From an uncultured Clostridia bacterium (GTDB lineage Bacteria > Bacillota > Clostridia > TANB77 > CAG-508): 64,000 nt of DNA. Below the pieces are notes generated by a model, which saw nothing but the letters and a program-made list of their open reading frames with translations, was not told the DNA's origin and ran no database searches. The translations under genes and the position numbers were made by a program. Of the stretch, positions 57,253-64,000 are shown piece by piece. Each line of letters begins with the position of its first letter. The stretch's first letter is position 1. Location of the stretch: positions 23,408-87,407 of the forward strand of contig CAKOUU010000006.1 of assembly GCA_934120675.1 (NCBI GenBank). Direction: 5' to 3'.

Positions 57253-57282
57253 TACTTGGACTTTTATTTTAAAATCCAAGTA
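57253..57282. terminator. Bidirectional terminator after the DnaC-like gene
   Basis: The stem is tacttgga / tccaagta with a 14-nt loop, flanked by an A-run and a T-run. Confidence 0.55.
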
Positions 57283-57371
57283 CTTTTTTCTTTCATTTTC
57301 TATTTACTTTTTTATATTTTTGTACTACAATAATTGTATAAAGATTTGGGTTAGTATTTTAGTTTTGCGGC

Positions 57372-58190
57372 TTATACTAACTCTTTTTCTTTTATATTTT
57401 TTAGCGTTATTCCATAACACATTTGATACAGTTTTGATATTATTGCATCTACCAATTGTCTATCTTGACTTTGACTAAATCTTTCTATTAGTCCTTGTTT
57501 ATCAAACCTTGTTGTAATTATTATTGGTAATCCATTTTCATTTCTATTTTGAATTATTGTATACAATTTTTCTAATGCCCACTGACTTATTTTTTCTGTT
57601 CCAAGATCATCAATTATAATAATATCTACATTTGAATATAATTCTATTAATTCATTCTCTGACTTTGTATTGTCTCTAAATGTTTCCTTAATCATGTCCA
57701 ATAACATTGTTAATCTTCCCATTAAAACGATCTTATCATTTTCAATTAATTTGTTAGCAATTGATGCTGCTAAATGTGTTTTTCCAAGTCCTGACTCGTC
57801 CGTTATTATCAGTCCTTCACTTTGCATTTTTTCTATACTTTTATTGGTATAGTCTTTAGCAACTTTTACTGCCATTTTATTCTCTGAATTAATATTAAAA
57901 TTTTCAAAGTTTTGTTCTTGAAATTTTCTTTCAACATAATTCTTCTTGTAAATTTTATTTATGATACTCTTATAATGTTTTCTTTTTTCTATTTCATATT
58001 CTTGCTTATCTACATTATTCCAGTATTCTTGTGCCTCATTGCAATTACATCTTTCGTATTTAATTGCATCTGGAGAAATATTAGCATATAAATAATCGAG
58101 TCCTATTGGTGTTAATTCTTTGCCACAAAATCCACACTTTTTGAACTCTTTGTGAATAATTTTATTAGATTTTGTATTGTCTAAATCCAT
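57372..58190 (-). CDS. DnaC/IstB-like AAA+ helicase-loader ATPase with an N-terminal Cys-rich region
   Basis: Walker A is ESGLGKTHLAASIANKL and Walker B is IIIIDDLGTE. CGFCGKEL...CNC lies at the N-terminus. Confidence 0.75.
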   Translation of the reverse strand: MDLDNTKSNKIIHKEFKKCGFCGKELTPIGLDYLYANISPDAIKYERCNCNEAQEYWNNVDKQEYEIEKRKHYKSIINKIYKKNYVERKFQEQNFENFNINSENKMAVKVAKDYTNKSIEKMQSEGLIITDESGLGKTHLAASIANKLIENDKIVLMGRLTMLLDMIKETFRDNTKSENELIELYSNVDIIIIDDLGTEKISQWALEKLYTIIQNRNENGLPIIITTRFDKQGLIERFSQSQDRQLVDAIISKLYQMCYGITLKNIKEKELV

Positions 58191-58683
58191 TCTCGTTCTC
58201 CTCTCTTATATTTTTTTCTTTCTTATCTTCTAAATCTTTTTTGTTTTCTTCTTCTCCGTTACCTAATGCTTGGATAACGTTACTTTTTTCAATTTCACTT
58301 TTATGCTTTTCACGATATTTTCTTTGTCTTTCTCTGTTTTGTATTTGATATTTTTCATACTTTTCAATACTTTGATATTTGTCCCAATTTTTTATTAAAA
58401 ATGTTTCTCCTTCTTTTTTTAACATTCCTAATTCTAGAAACTTTTTCAAAATTTTTTCAATTTTTTTATTAGATTTTCCCATAATCTTTGAAAAATTTTG
58501 AATTGTCATTGGATTGTTTTCTCCAACTTCTAATCTTCCTTTATTATTGCATTCAACTGCTAATGCGATTAACTGTATCCATACTCTAAAATAAGTGTCT
58601 CCTTCAGGAAGTTTTAGAATTATTTGAATTTTCCTGTTTGAAAATATTGTAGTTTCTGTTTTGAACCACGGTATTTCATACAT
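58165..58683 (-). CDS. Phage/ICE replisome organiser N-terminal-domain protein
   Basis: It has IPWFKTETTIFSNRKIQIILKLPEGDTYFRVWIQLIALA. Confidence 0.65.
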   Translation of the reverse strand: MYEIPWFKTETTIFSNRKIQIILKLPEGDTYFRVWIQLIALAVECNNKGRLEVGENNPMTIQNFSKIMGKSNKKIEKILKKFLELGMLKKEGETFLIKNWDKYQSIEKYEKYQIQNRERQRKYREKHKSEIEKSNVIQALGNGEEENKKDLEDKKEKNIREENENGFRQYKI

Positions 58684-58709
58684 AGCCTCCTTTCCTCGCT
58701 TTCTTTCAA

Positions 58710-58910
58710 TTAATCTTTAATTGATTCTTTTTCTTTCTTACTTAGATATTCGTCTAATACTTGAATTCTAAATAGAAATTTTCCACCAACTTTTGAGCAT
58801 GGTATTTGTTTTCTTCTTACTAATTGATTTATTAGTCAATAAGAGATTCCTAAATATTCTGCTGCTTCTTTCATTGTTAGTGTTGTTCTTTGTACTTTTG
58901 GTAGTTCCAT
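58710..58910 (-). pseudogene. Excisionase-family HTH gene with an in-frame TGA at codon 25
   Basis: It reads MELPKVQRTTLTMKEAAEYLGISY*LINQLVRRKQIPCSKVGGKFLFRIQVLDEYL, with SD aggagg upstream. The TGA is at 58836-58838. Confidence 0.6.
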
Positions 58911-58942
58911 TAAATCACCTCCTATTTTTTTGTATTTAACTA

Positions 58943-58971
58943 TTGACCTTTGTTAACAATTGAATTATAAT
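58943..58971 (+). promoter_or_regulatory. Near-consensus sigma-A promoter of the divergent cargo operon
   Basis: TTGACC, 17 nt, TATAAT. The spacer contains the 10-bp palindrome TTGTTAACAA. Confidence 0.6.
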
Positions 58972-59066
58972 ATCAATAGTTAGTTTTGTAAAGTCAATTT
59001 ATAAATGTTTGAAAACAATCATTTTTATATATTTAAAACTAATAAATTGTTAAATCGGGGGGAATT

Positions 59067-60374
59067 ATGAAAATTTCAGATTTTGATAAAAAAATAAAAA
59101 TTACGCCTTTATCTAATAACAATATTTTAGCATTTGAATTAAAGTCAATTTTATATACTCCAAATAAATATAGAATTCCCGTTGCATTTGCTGACACAAC
59201 AAATTCAATAAATGATACAGAAAAATATATAGCTGAAAATTATACTATAGAAGATCAAAAAAAATTAAAACATAATGATACAATAACTAATAAATTTTTA
59301 GCTGAACTAGCTAAATTAAATTCTGATTCTGATGATGAAGTAAAAAAACTCATAAAAAAATATAAAACTCAATTACTTGATGTAGCTTATAAAGCTCCTA
59401 ATAAATTAAGATGTTTAAGTGCTAGTGATAATATAGAAGATATGAAAGGATATTTTGTTATTGACTCAAATGCTATTATTGGTAGTAATGGAGAATTGCT
59501 ATCTAACTTTTTAAATTTAGACTTCAATAAATTTAACCATTTCTTTATGTTTTTTACAAAATATTTTGGAATGTTTATAGATTGCTTTGAAGAAAAAGAT
59601 TTAGAAGGCTTGAAAATTGATGAATTAACAGATCTAACATTAATAATTTCACTTGCAAATAAGATTTATAATTCTTCAAAAGATTATATTATTAACATTC
59701 AAAATTTATTTAGAGATTTTGTTGATTTGCTATATGGATATGATAATAACAAAGCTATATATTCTCTTACTTTAAAACAAAAATTTTACATTTTTCATGA
59801 CAAGCATCAAGATGAATTACAAGCTTTTTCAGAGAGATATCAACATTATGGACTATTTAATTTCAATTATGTACATAGTGACTTAATTCATTTAAAACAT
59901 AATAACACTTCTGAATTAATATTAAAGCTTAAGAAGTTTGATCCAGATGGTTCAAAAATTTTTAATAGCTACAGTATTGTTACAGATAATATATACACTG
60001 TATTATATATTTCTTTATATAATTTAGTTTTAAACAATACTGCTATGATTAGACAGTGCAAAAACTGTCATAGATATTTTTTAACTAACAAATCTAACAC
60101 TTATTATTGTGATAATATATATTATGAAGATAAAACTTGTAAAGATGTTGGAAATCAACTGTCTCAAAAAAGAAAAGAAAATAAAGAACCTGTCTATGGT
60201 AAATATAGAAGTATCTATGCAAATAAAGCTACTTTACTAAAAAGATATCCTGATATATATTCACAAGATGATTATGATAAATGGAAAAAAGAAGCTAAAC
60301 AATTCATGAATGATATTAGACATGGTGAAAAAACTTATGACGAATTTGATAAATGGTTAAATAAAAATAAGTAA
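59067..60374 (+). CDS. Hypothetical protein with a C-terminal Cys-rich motif
   Basis: It has CKNCHRYFLTNKSNTYYCDNIYYEDKTCKDVG. SD gggggg/aatt precedes the ATG. The family is not confidently recognised. Confidence 0.5.
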   Translation: MKISDFDKKIKITPLSNNNILAFELKSILYTPNKYRIPVAFADTTNSINDTEKYIAENYTIEDQKKLKHNDTITNKFLAELAKLNSDSDDEVKKLIKKYKTQLLDVAYKAPNKLRCLSASDNIEDMKGYFVIDSNAIIGSNGELLSNFLNLDFNKFNHFFMFFTKYFGMFIDCFEEKDLEGLKIDELTDLTLIISLANKIYNSSKDYIINIQNLFRDFVDLLYGYDNNKAIYSLTLKQKFYIFHDKHQDELQAFSERYQHYGLFNFNYVHSDLIHLKHNNTSELILKLKKFDPDGSKIFNSYSIVTDNIYTVLYISLYNLVLNNTAMIRQCKNCHRYFLTNKSNTYYCDNIYYEDKTCKDVGNQLSQKRKENKEPVYGKYRSIYANKATLLKRYPDIYSQDDYDKWKKEAKQFMNDIRHGEKTYDEFDKWLNKNK

Positions 60375-60387
60375 AGGAGGAGCTATA

Positions 60388-61524
60388 ATGTCAAATAACG
60401 AAAATAGTAATAAAATGACCTTGAAAAATCAATCATCTAAAAAAAGAGAATATTATGCAATTTCTAACAATATAGATAGCATTACTACTTTTAATAACTT
60501 AAACAAAATAAATTATGATGTCTTAAATGAAAAATTAAACTCTGCTTTTAACAGTTTAAATCAGATTAATTATAATGCTTTAAACGAAAAGCTAAACTCT
60601 GCCTTTAATAATTTAAGCCAGATTAATTACAATGCTTTAAATAAAAAGTTAAACTCTGCTTTTAATAGCTTAAATCAGATTAATTATAATGCTTTAAACG
60701 AAAAGCTAAACTCTGCTTTTAATAGCTTAAATCAGATTAATTATAATGCTTTAAACGAAAAGTTAAACTCTGCTTTTAACAGCTTAAATCAGATTAATTA
60801 TAATGCTTTAAACGAAAAGTTAAGCTCTGCTTTTAATAGTTTAAATCAAATTAATTATAATGTTTTAAATGAAAAGTTAATATCTGCTTTTGATAAACTT
60901 AACAATAGTACACTCTATTCATGGGTTGATAATATATATGATCATTTAGACAAAAATTCATATAGTACATTTACAGAAAATATTCAAAATATTGCACCAG
61001 CCATTACATTAGAGGATTTTGAAATAGATGATAACACTTTGATAAATGATTCTGCAACTCATCTATCAGATAGTTTTATTGCTAAGCTATTTACTGGAAC
61101 TCTATCATATGATGATGATATAAAAAATAATAAATTAGCAGCATTTATATTAATTATTGCATTTTGGTTTGTATCAAACTTAATTTCATTTATTTTAGAA
61201 GACGGTTATACTTATGCAAAAAATTATTTAAAAAATAATTTTTTAAATGAGAAAGAAGTAATAACTGTAGAAGATTATAAAAATTATAGAATTGTTATTA
61301 CTGATATTCTTAATGTAAGAAAACAACCATCAACAAATTCAGATATTATAGGAAAGCTTTATTATCTAAATGTTATAAAAATTATAGACTCAAAACCATA
61401 TTGGTTAAAAGTTGAATATATAGATACAGAAAATAACGTTCATTTAACTGGTTGGATATCTAAAAAATATACTAAAGACTTTTCAGAAGAAACAGAAAAA
61501 TTATTAAATATTAATAACAACTAG
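60388..61524 (+). CDS. Repeat-containing membrane protein with a C-terminal bacterial SH3 domain
   Basis: It has seven 19-aa repeats, a TM segment (LAAFILIIAFWFVSNLISFIL), and the SH3b-like ILNVRKQPSTNSDIIGKLYYLNVIKIID..WLKVEY...GWISKKY. Confidence 0.65.
   Translation: MSNNENSNKMTLKNQSSKKREYYAISNNIDSITTFNNLNKINYDVLNEKLNSAFNSLNQINYNALNEKLNSAFNNLSQINYNALNKKLNSAFNSLNQINYNALNEKLNSAFNSLNQINYNALNEKLNSAFNSLNQINYNALNEKLSSAFNSLNQINYNVLNEKLISAFDKLNNSTLYSWVDNIYDHLDKNSYSTFTENIQNIAPAITLEDFEIDDNTLINDSATHLSDSFIAKLFTGTLSYDDDIKNNKLAAFILIIAFWFVSNLISFILEDGYTYAKNYLKNNFLNEKEVITVEDYKNYRIVITDILNVRKQPSTNSDIIGKLYYLNVIKIIDSKPYWLKVEYIDTENNVHLTGWISKKYTKDFSEETEKLLNINNN
60493..60891 (+). repeat. Seven tandem 57-nt coding repeats
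   Basis: The units encode N(S/N)LNQINYNALNEKLNSAF. The central copies are nearly identical at the DNA level. Confidence 0.9.
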
Positions 61525-61598
61525 TAAATTTTATCCTCTCCCACTCATAGTTATGCCTGAAAGGAGGTGTATGGAGAAAATTGAGTGTTTATATGATG

Positions 61599-61626
61599 AT
61601 AGCCTAGATGGTGGAATCTAGGCTAT
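61599..61626. terminator. Bidirectional terminator between convergent genes
   Basis: The stem is atagcctaga / tctaggctat with an 8-nt loop. Confidence 0.55.
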
Positions 61627-61631
61627 TTCTA

Positions 61632-61946
61632 TTATATTTCTAATTCTTCTTCTATTTTTATTTTTTCTTTAACTTTTTCTCTAACGCAATCTTGAATTGA
61701 TGCTAGTAATAGTGTAATTTCTGTTTCCACTTTTTCTAAATCTTCTTCTTTTACTTTTCCACTTTCAATAGCACTAATTCTCTTAACTGCCTCTAATGAT
61801 AATTCTTTAGAATTATACTTATTCAAATCCTCTATAAAATTCTTATATTTAGGTTCTTTTATTAACTCTTCTAAATAATCTTTTTCTGCTTTTAAGAATG
61901 TATCTCTTAAAAAAGCGATTTTTCCATTTATATTATTTTCATTCAT
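61632..61946 (-). CDS. Hypothetical coiled-coil-like small protein
   Basis: An SD (ggagg) lies upstream. No family recognised. Confidence 0.45.
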   Translation of the reverse strand: MNENNINGKIAFLRDTFLKAEKDYLEELIKEPKYKNFIEDLNKYNSKELSLEAVKRISAIESGKVKEEDLEKVETEITLLLASIQDCVREKVKEKIKIEEELEI

Positions 61947-61979
61947 ATTCTATTCCTCCAATTAATTTATTTATATGTT

Positions 61980-62108
61980 TTATCTTATCCACTCTTCTAT
62001 TATTTCTTTTGAAATATTTAAGTTGCCTCTACCTACACCCACTTCAATGTCTGGTTTTGAACTTCCATGATAATCACTTCCACCACTGATATATAGATTA
62101 TTCTTTCT
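61980..62108 (-). pseudogene. C-terminal remnant of a PHP-domain phosphoesterase gene
   Basis: It reads RKNNLYISGGSDYHGSSKPDIEVGVGRGNLNISKEIIEEWIR*. It has no start codon, and its 5' end abuts or overlaps the stop of the methyltransferase gene in another frame. Confidence 0.45.
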
Positions 62109-62790
62109 AAAATTTTGATTTTCTTGCAATTATAGTAAATTCATTTGTTCCTACTAAATTTTCTCCTACTGCTGATTCATCAAACATTTTATTATCATAT
62201 ATTTTTTCTATTGTATAATTATTAACTGTAAAATAATCAATAAAAAATTGCTTTGAATACCTATTAAAGTATGTTTTGTATTTAGGATTAAATGGCTCTG
62301 GTATAAATATTTCTTTTTCTTCATTATTACATTCCATAACATTTATAGCAATTATTCCTTTATCTTTCAATAATTCACTAAATTTATCTAATACTCTTAA
62401 ACAAGTTTTATCATCTACATGAATCAAAGCAGCAAAACAAATTATTGCATCAAAATTGTCTTTATCAAATGTTATATTTCTAATGTCCATCAATTTAAAT
62501 TTAGCTTTTGGTGCATTTTTTTTTGCTTTTCTCAACATATTTTCTGATGTATCAATACCTATTACATTAAAATTTTTATCACATTTTTCTGTTAAAAATT
62601 TAGGATAATCTCCAATTGCTGTTCCTGCATCTAAGATCGTTGCATTGTCATTCAGTTGTGAAATTAAATAATCTATTTCTTTTTGAAATTGAACATTTCC
62701 ATTTAAGTCTTTTGACTTATAGTAATCTACATATTCCTCAACGATATTGTTATATGTTTCAATAGTTATTTTGATTTTATCTATCTCCAT
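62107..62790 (-). CDS. Class I SAM-dependent methyltransferase
   Basis: The motif I-like sequence is ILDAGTAIGDY, with a typical fold length. Confidence 0.75.
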   Translation of the reverse strand: MEIDKIKITIETYNNIVEEYVDYYKSKDLNGNVQFQKEIDYLISQLNDNATILDAGTAIGDYPKFLTEKCDKNFNVIGIDTSENMLRKAKKNAPKAKFKLMDIRNITFDKDNFDAIICFAALIHVDDKTCLRVLDKFSELLKDKGIIAINVMECNNEEKEIFIPEPFNPKYKTYFNRYSKQFFIDYFTVNNYTIEKIYDNKMFDESAVGENLVGTNEFTIIARKSKF

Positions 62791-62808
62791 TATTATATTC
62801 TCCTAAGT

Positions 62809-63525
62809 TTAATAATTTTTTATATTTCTTACTTCTATACTAGGAATAGTTATTTCATGTGGCAAATCAAACAAAAATTTAACAGTATTAGCAACATCTT
62901 TTGGTGTTAGCCCTGTATTCATTACATTTTCTGGTAATTCATTTTTTGCTCTTTTATAAAAATCAGTTTGTATTAGTCCTGGGCATACATCTGTTATCTT
63001 AATATTGTTATGTGCTAAATCATTTTGAATAGCTTTTCTAAATGCATTCGCTCCTGTCTTTGATGCATTATATATAGGAAATGGTGGTTCACACATTACT
63101 CCACTTTGAGAATTAATATTAATTATTTGTCCATATCCTTGTTTTTTCATAATCGGAAAAATGCTCTTTATCATTGCTACTGTTCCAAATACATTTGTAT
63201 CAATAACCTTTTTTATTCTACCTAATTCATTCATTTCATCATATATTGGCTGGTCTAATTTTGATATATCTCCAGAAATCCACATTCCTGCACAATTTAT
63301 TAAGCAATCAATTTTTTCGTAATTCCTATTTATATCATTAATTACATTAGCTATCTGTTTATCATCTGAAATATCACAAATATAATATTTTGATTTTGTT
63401 TCTTCTGCTACTTGTTTTAAGTTATTTTCATCAATATCAATTAATATTAATTTTTCTTCTTTTAATACATTTGCTATAGCTTTACCTACACCATTGGCAG
63501 AGCCTGTAATTATAACATTTTTCAT
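62809..63525 (-). CDS. Short-chain dehydrogenase/reductase (SDR)
   Basis: It has ITGSANGVGKAIA (TGxxxGxG) and YNASK (YxxxK). Confidence 0.85.
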   Translation of the reverse strand: MKNVIITGSANGVGKAIANVLKEEKLILIDIDENNLKQVAEETKSKYYICDISDDKQIANVINDINRNYEKIDCLINCAGMWISGDISKLDQPIYDEMNELGRIKKVIDTNVFGTVAMIKSIFPIMKKQGYGQIININSQSGVMCEPPFPIYNASKTGANAFRKAIQNDLAHNNIKITDVCPGLIQTDFYKRAKNELPENVMNTGLTPKDVANTVKFLFDLPHEITIPSIEVRNIKNY

Positions 63526-63544
63526 ATTCTCCTCCTTAAATTTT

Positions 63545-63913
63545 TTAATTTTCTAATATCTCTTTTTGAACTTTTTTAGAAAAACTTTTTATCACCTCAT
63601 CATAAGAGTGGTCTATCATTTCAAAAATTAATTTATCATCAACTGTCTTATTGATATATACTGTATTTCTATAAATTGCTTGCATAGGTGGGCAATGATA
63701 ACCTCTTACTATATCGTTTGTATATTGTTTTCTATATAATTCTGCAAGAAGCGCATCACACTTTAAATTTATTTTATAATCATTATCTAATGGATATAAT
63801 TCAGCAAATATTTTCTTATTGACTTTGAAACATATTGGGATATCCCCGAATGGATAATCTATATATGCTTTATTCTTATTTAAGCAATATTCTATAATTT
63901 CATCTTTTGACAT
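63545..63913 (-). CDS. MmcQ/YjbR-family protein
   Basis: It has EYCLNKNKAYIDYPFGDIPICFKVNKKIFAELY, typical of the YjbR family. Confidence 0.7.
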   Translation of the reverse strand: MSKDEIIEYCLNKNKAYIDYPFGDIPICFKVNKKIFAELYPLDNDYKINLKCDALLAELYRKQYTNDIVRGYHCPPMQAIYRNTVYINKTVDDKLIFEMIDHSYDEVIKSFSKKVQKEILEN

Positions 63914-64000
63914 AATTTTTCCTTATAAAATTTATTATCTTTTATCATCTTTTTCTATTATAAATCCTTCTTTTTCTAACTCATATATTTCCTAATTCAT

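Larger units (their letters stand above)
55694..61524. mobile_element. Decayed mobilisable/integrative element module (mobilisation, replication and cargo genes; no recombinase seen)
   Basis: It holds a relaxase, a DnaC/IstB-like ATPase, a replisome organiser, an excisionase-like HTH and a divergent cargo operon. The relaxase and the HTH gene are broken by in-frame stops. Confidence 0.5.

Noticed and set aside
57058-57279. The 73-aa minus-strand ORF upstream of the relaxase, as a MobC-type relaxosome accessory protein.
   Set aside because: Only a vague resemblance (KKECIIVLKSNEFRQLEILNGE) to ribbon-helix-helix Mob proteins. The ORF overlaps the relaxase start in another frame and has no SD. 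It may be a degraded remnant, but I cannot support a call.
1263-58000. Dozens of plus-strand track ORFs lie antisense to the long minus-strand genes. Examples are 35..352, 1522..2073, 3322..3951, 4685..5212, 10901..11821, 12167..12739, 25751..26218, 34156..34662, 37038..37535, 38236..38673 and 55387..55845.
   Set aside because: Their translations are low-complexity Leu/Phe/Ser/Ile/Cys-rich strings, which is typical of the reverse frame of AT-rich coding DNA. They have no SD sequences. Each fully overlaps a gene with clear family signatures on the other strand.
61571-61621. A 16-codon micro-ORF (MEKIECLYDDSLDGGI) with a strong SD (aaggagg), downstream of the SH3-repeat gene.
   Set aside because: It is too short to support without conservation or ribosome-profiling data, and its 3' half is the terminator hairpin itself.
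1-64000. Genome-wide genetic code 4 (TGA read as Trp) as the explanation for the in-frame TGAs.
   Set aside because: Host and island genes form very long uninterrupted standard-code ORFs (876, 1174, 808, 751 aa) with many Trp residues encoded by TGG. A code-4, AT-rich organism would show frequent in-frame TGA. The in-frame TGAs are confined to two genes of the decayed element, and one further interruption there is TAA.

Overview
This is a very AT-rich (about 25% GC by eye) Firmicute/Clostridia-like chromosome segment, with almost every gene on the minus strand.

**Core region, 1-22.6 kb.** It carries housekeeping genes: a minD fragment, M50 and M23 peptidases, tRNA-Cys and tRNA-Gly, topA with an apparent homopolymer frameshift, an MgtA-type P-type ATPase, a radical SAM protein, a YfcE phosphodiesterase, a DUF1016 nuclease, a secreted nuclease, a bile-salt-hydrolase-type Ntn hydrolase, a cyclophilin, a DAG-kinase-like lipid kinase and plsC.

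**Accessory/defence island, 22.6-61.9 kb.** In order, it contains:
- a single-gene DUF4365-STAND NTPase;
- a complete type I-B CRISPR-Cas locus (cas6-cas8b-cas7-cas5-cas3-cas4-cas1-cas2, leader, 27+3 repeats);
- TnpV-associated genes;
- a Fic operon with a palindromic operator;
- an HNH-plus-unknown gene pair;
- a three-gene module of DUF4258 toxin, Zn-finger/HTH protein and ImmA peptidase;
- a tightly coupled six-gene operon (NUDIX, DUF3427/DUF3883 nuclease, two MazG-type NTP pyrophosphatases, a pseudo-S24 domain, a DUF2075 nuclease-helicase);
- a Hachiman-like hamA/hamB pair;
- a decayed mobilisable-element module (relaxase, DnaC-like loader, replisome organiser and excisionase-like HTH; the relaxase and the HTH gene are interrupted by in-frame stops).

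**Most unusual observations:**
- A 2,919-nt stretch that is a single continuous reading frame (a ParB-like/zincin fragment of polyvalent-protein type) sits exactly where a spacer should be in the CRISPR array.
- The six-gene nucleotide-pyrophosphatase/nuclease operon has no described counterpart that I recognise.

All calls come from reading the translations and sequence by eye. No database searches were run.
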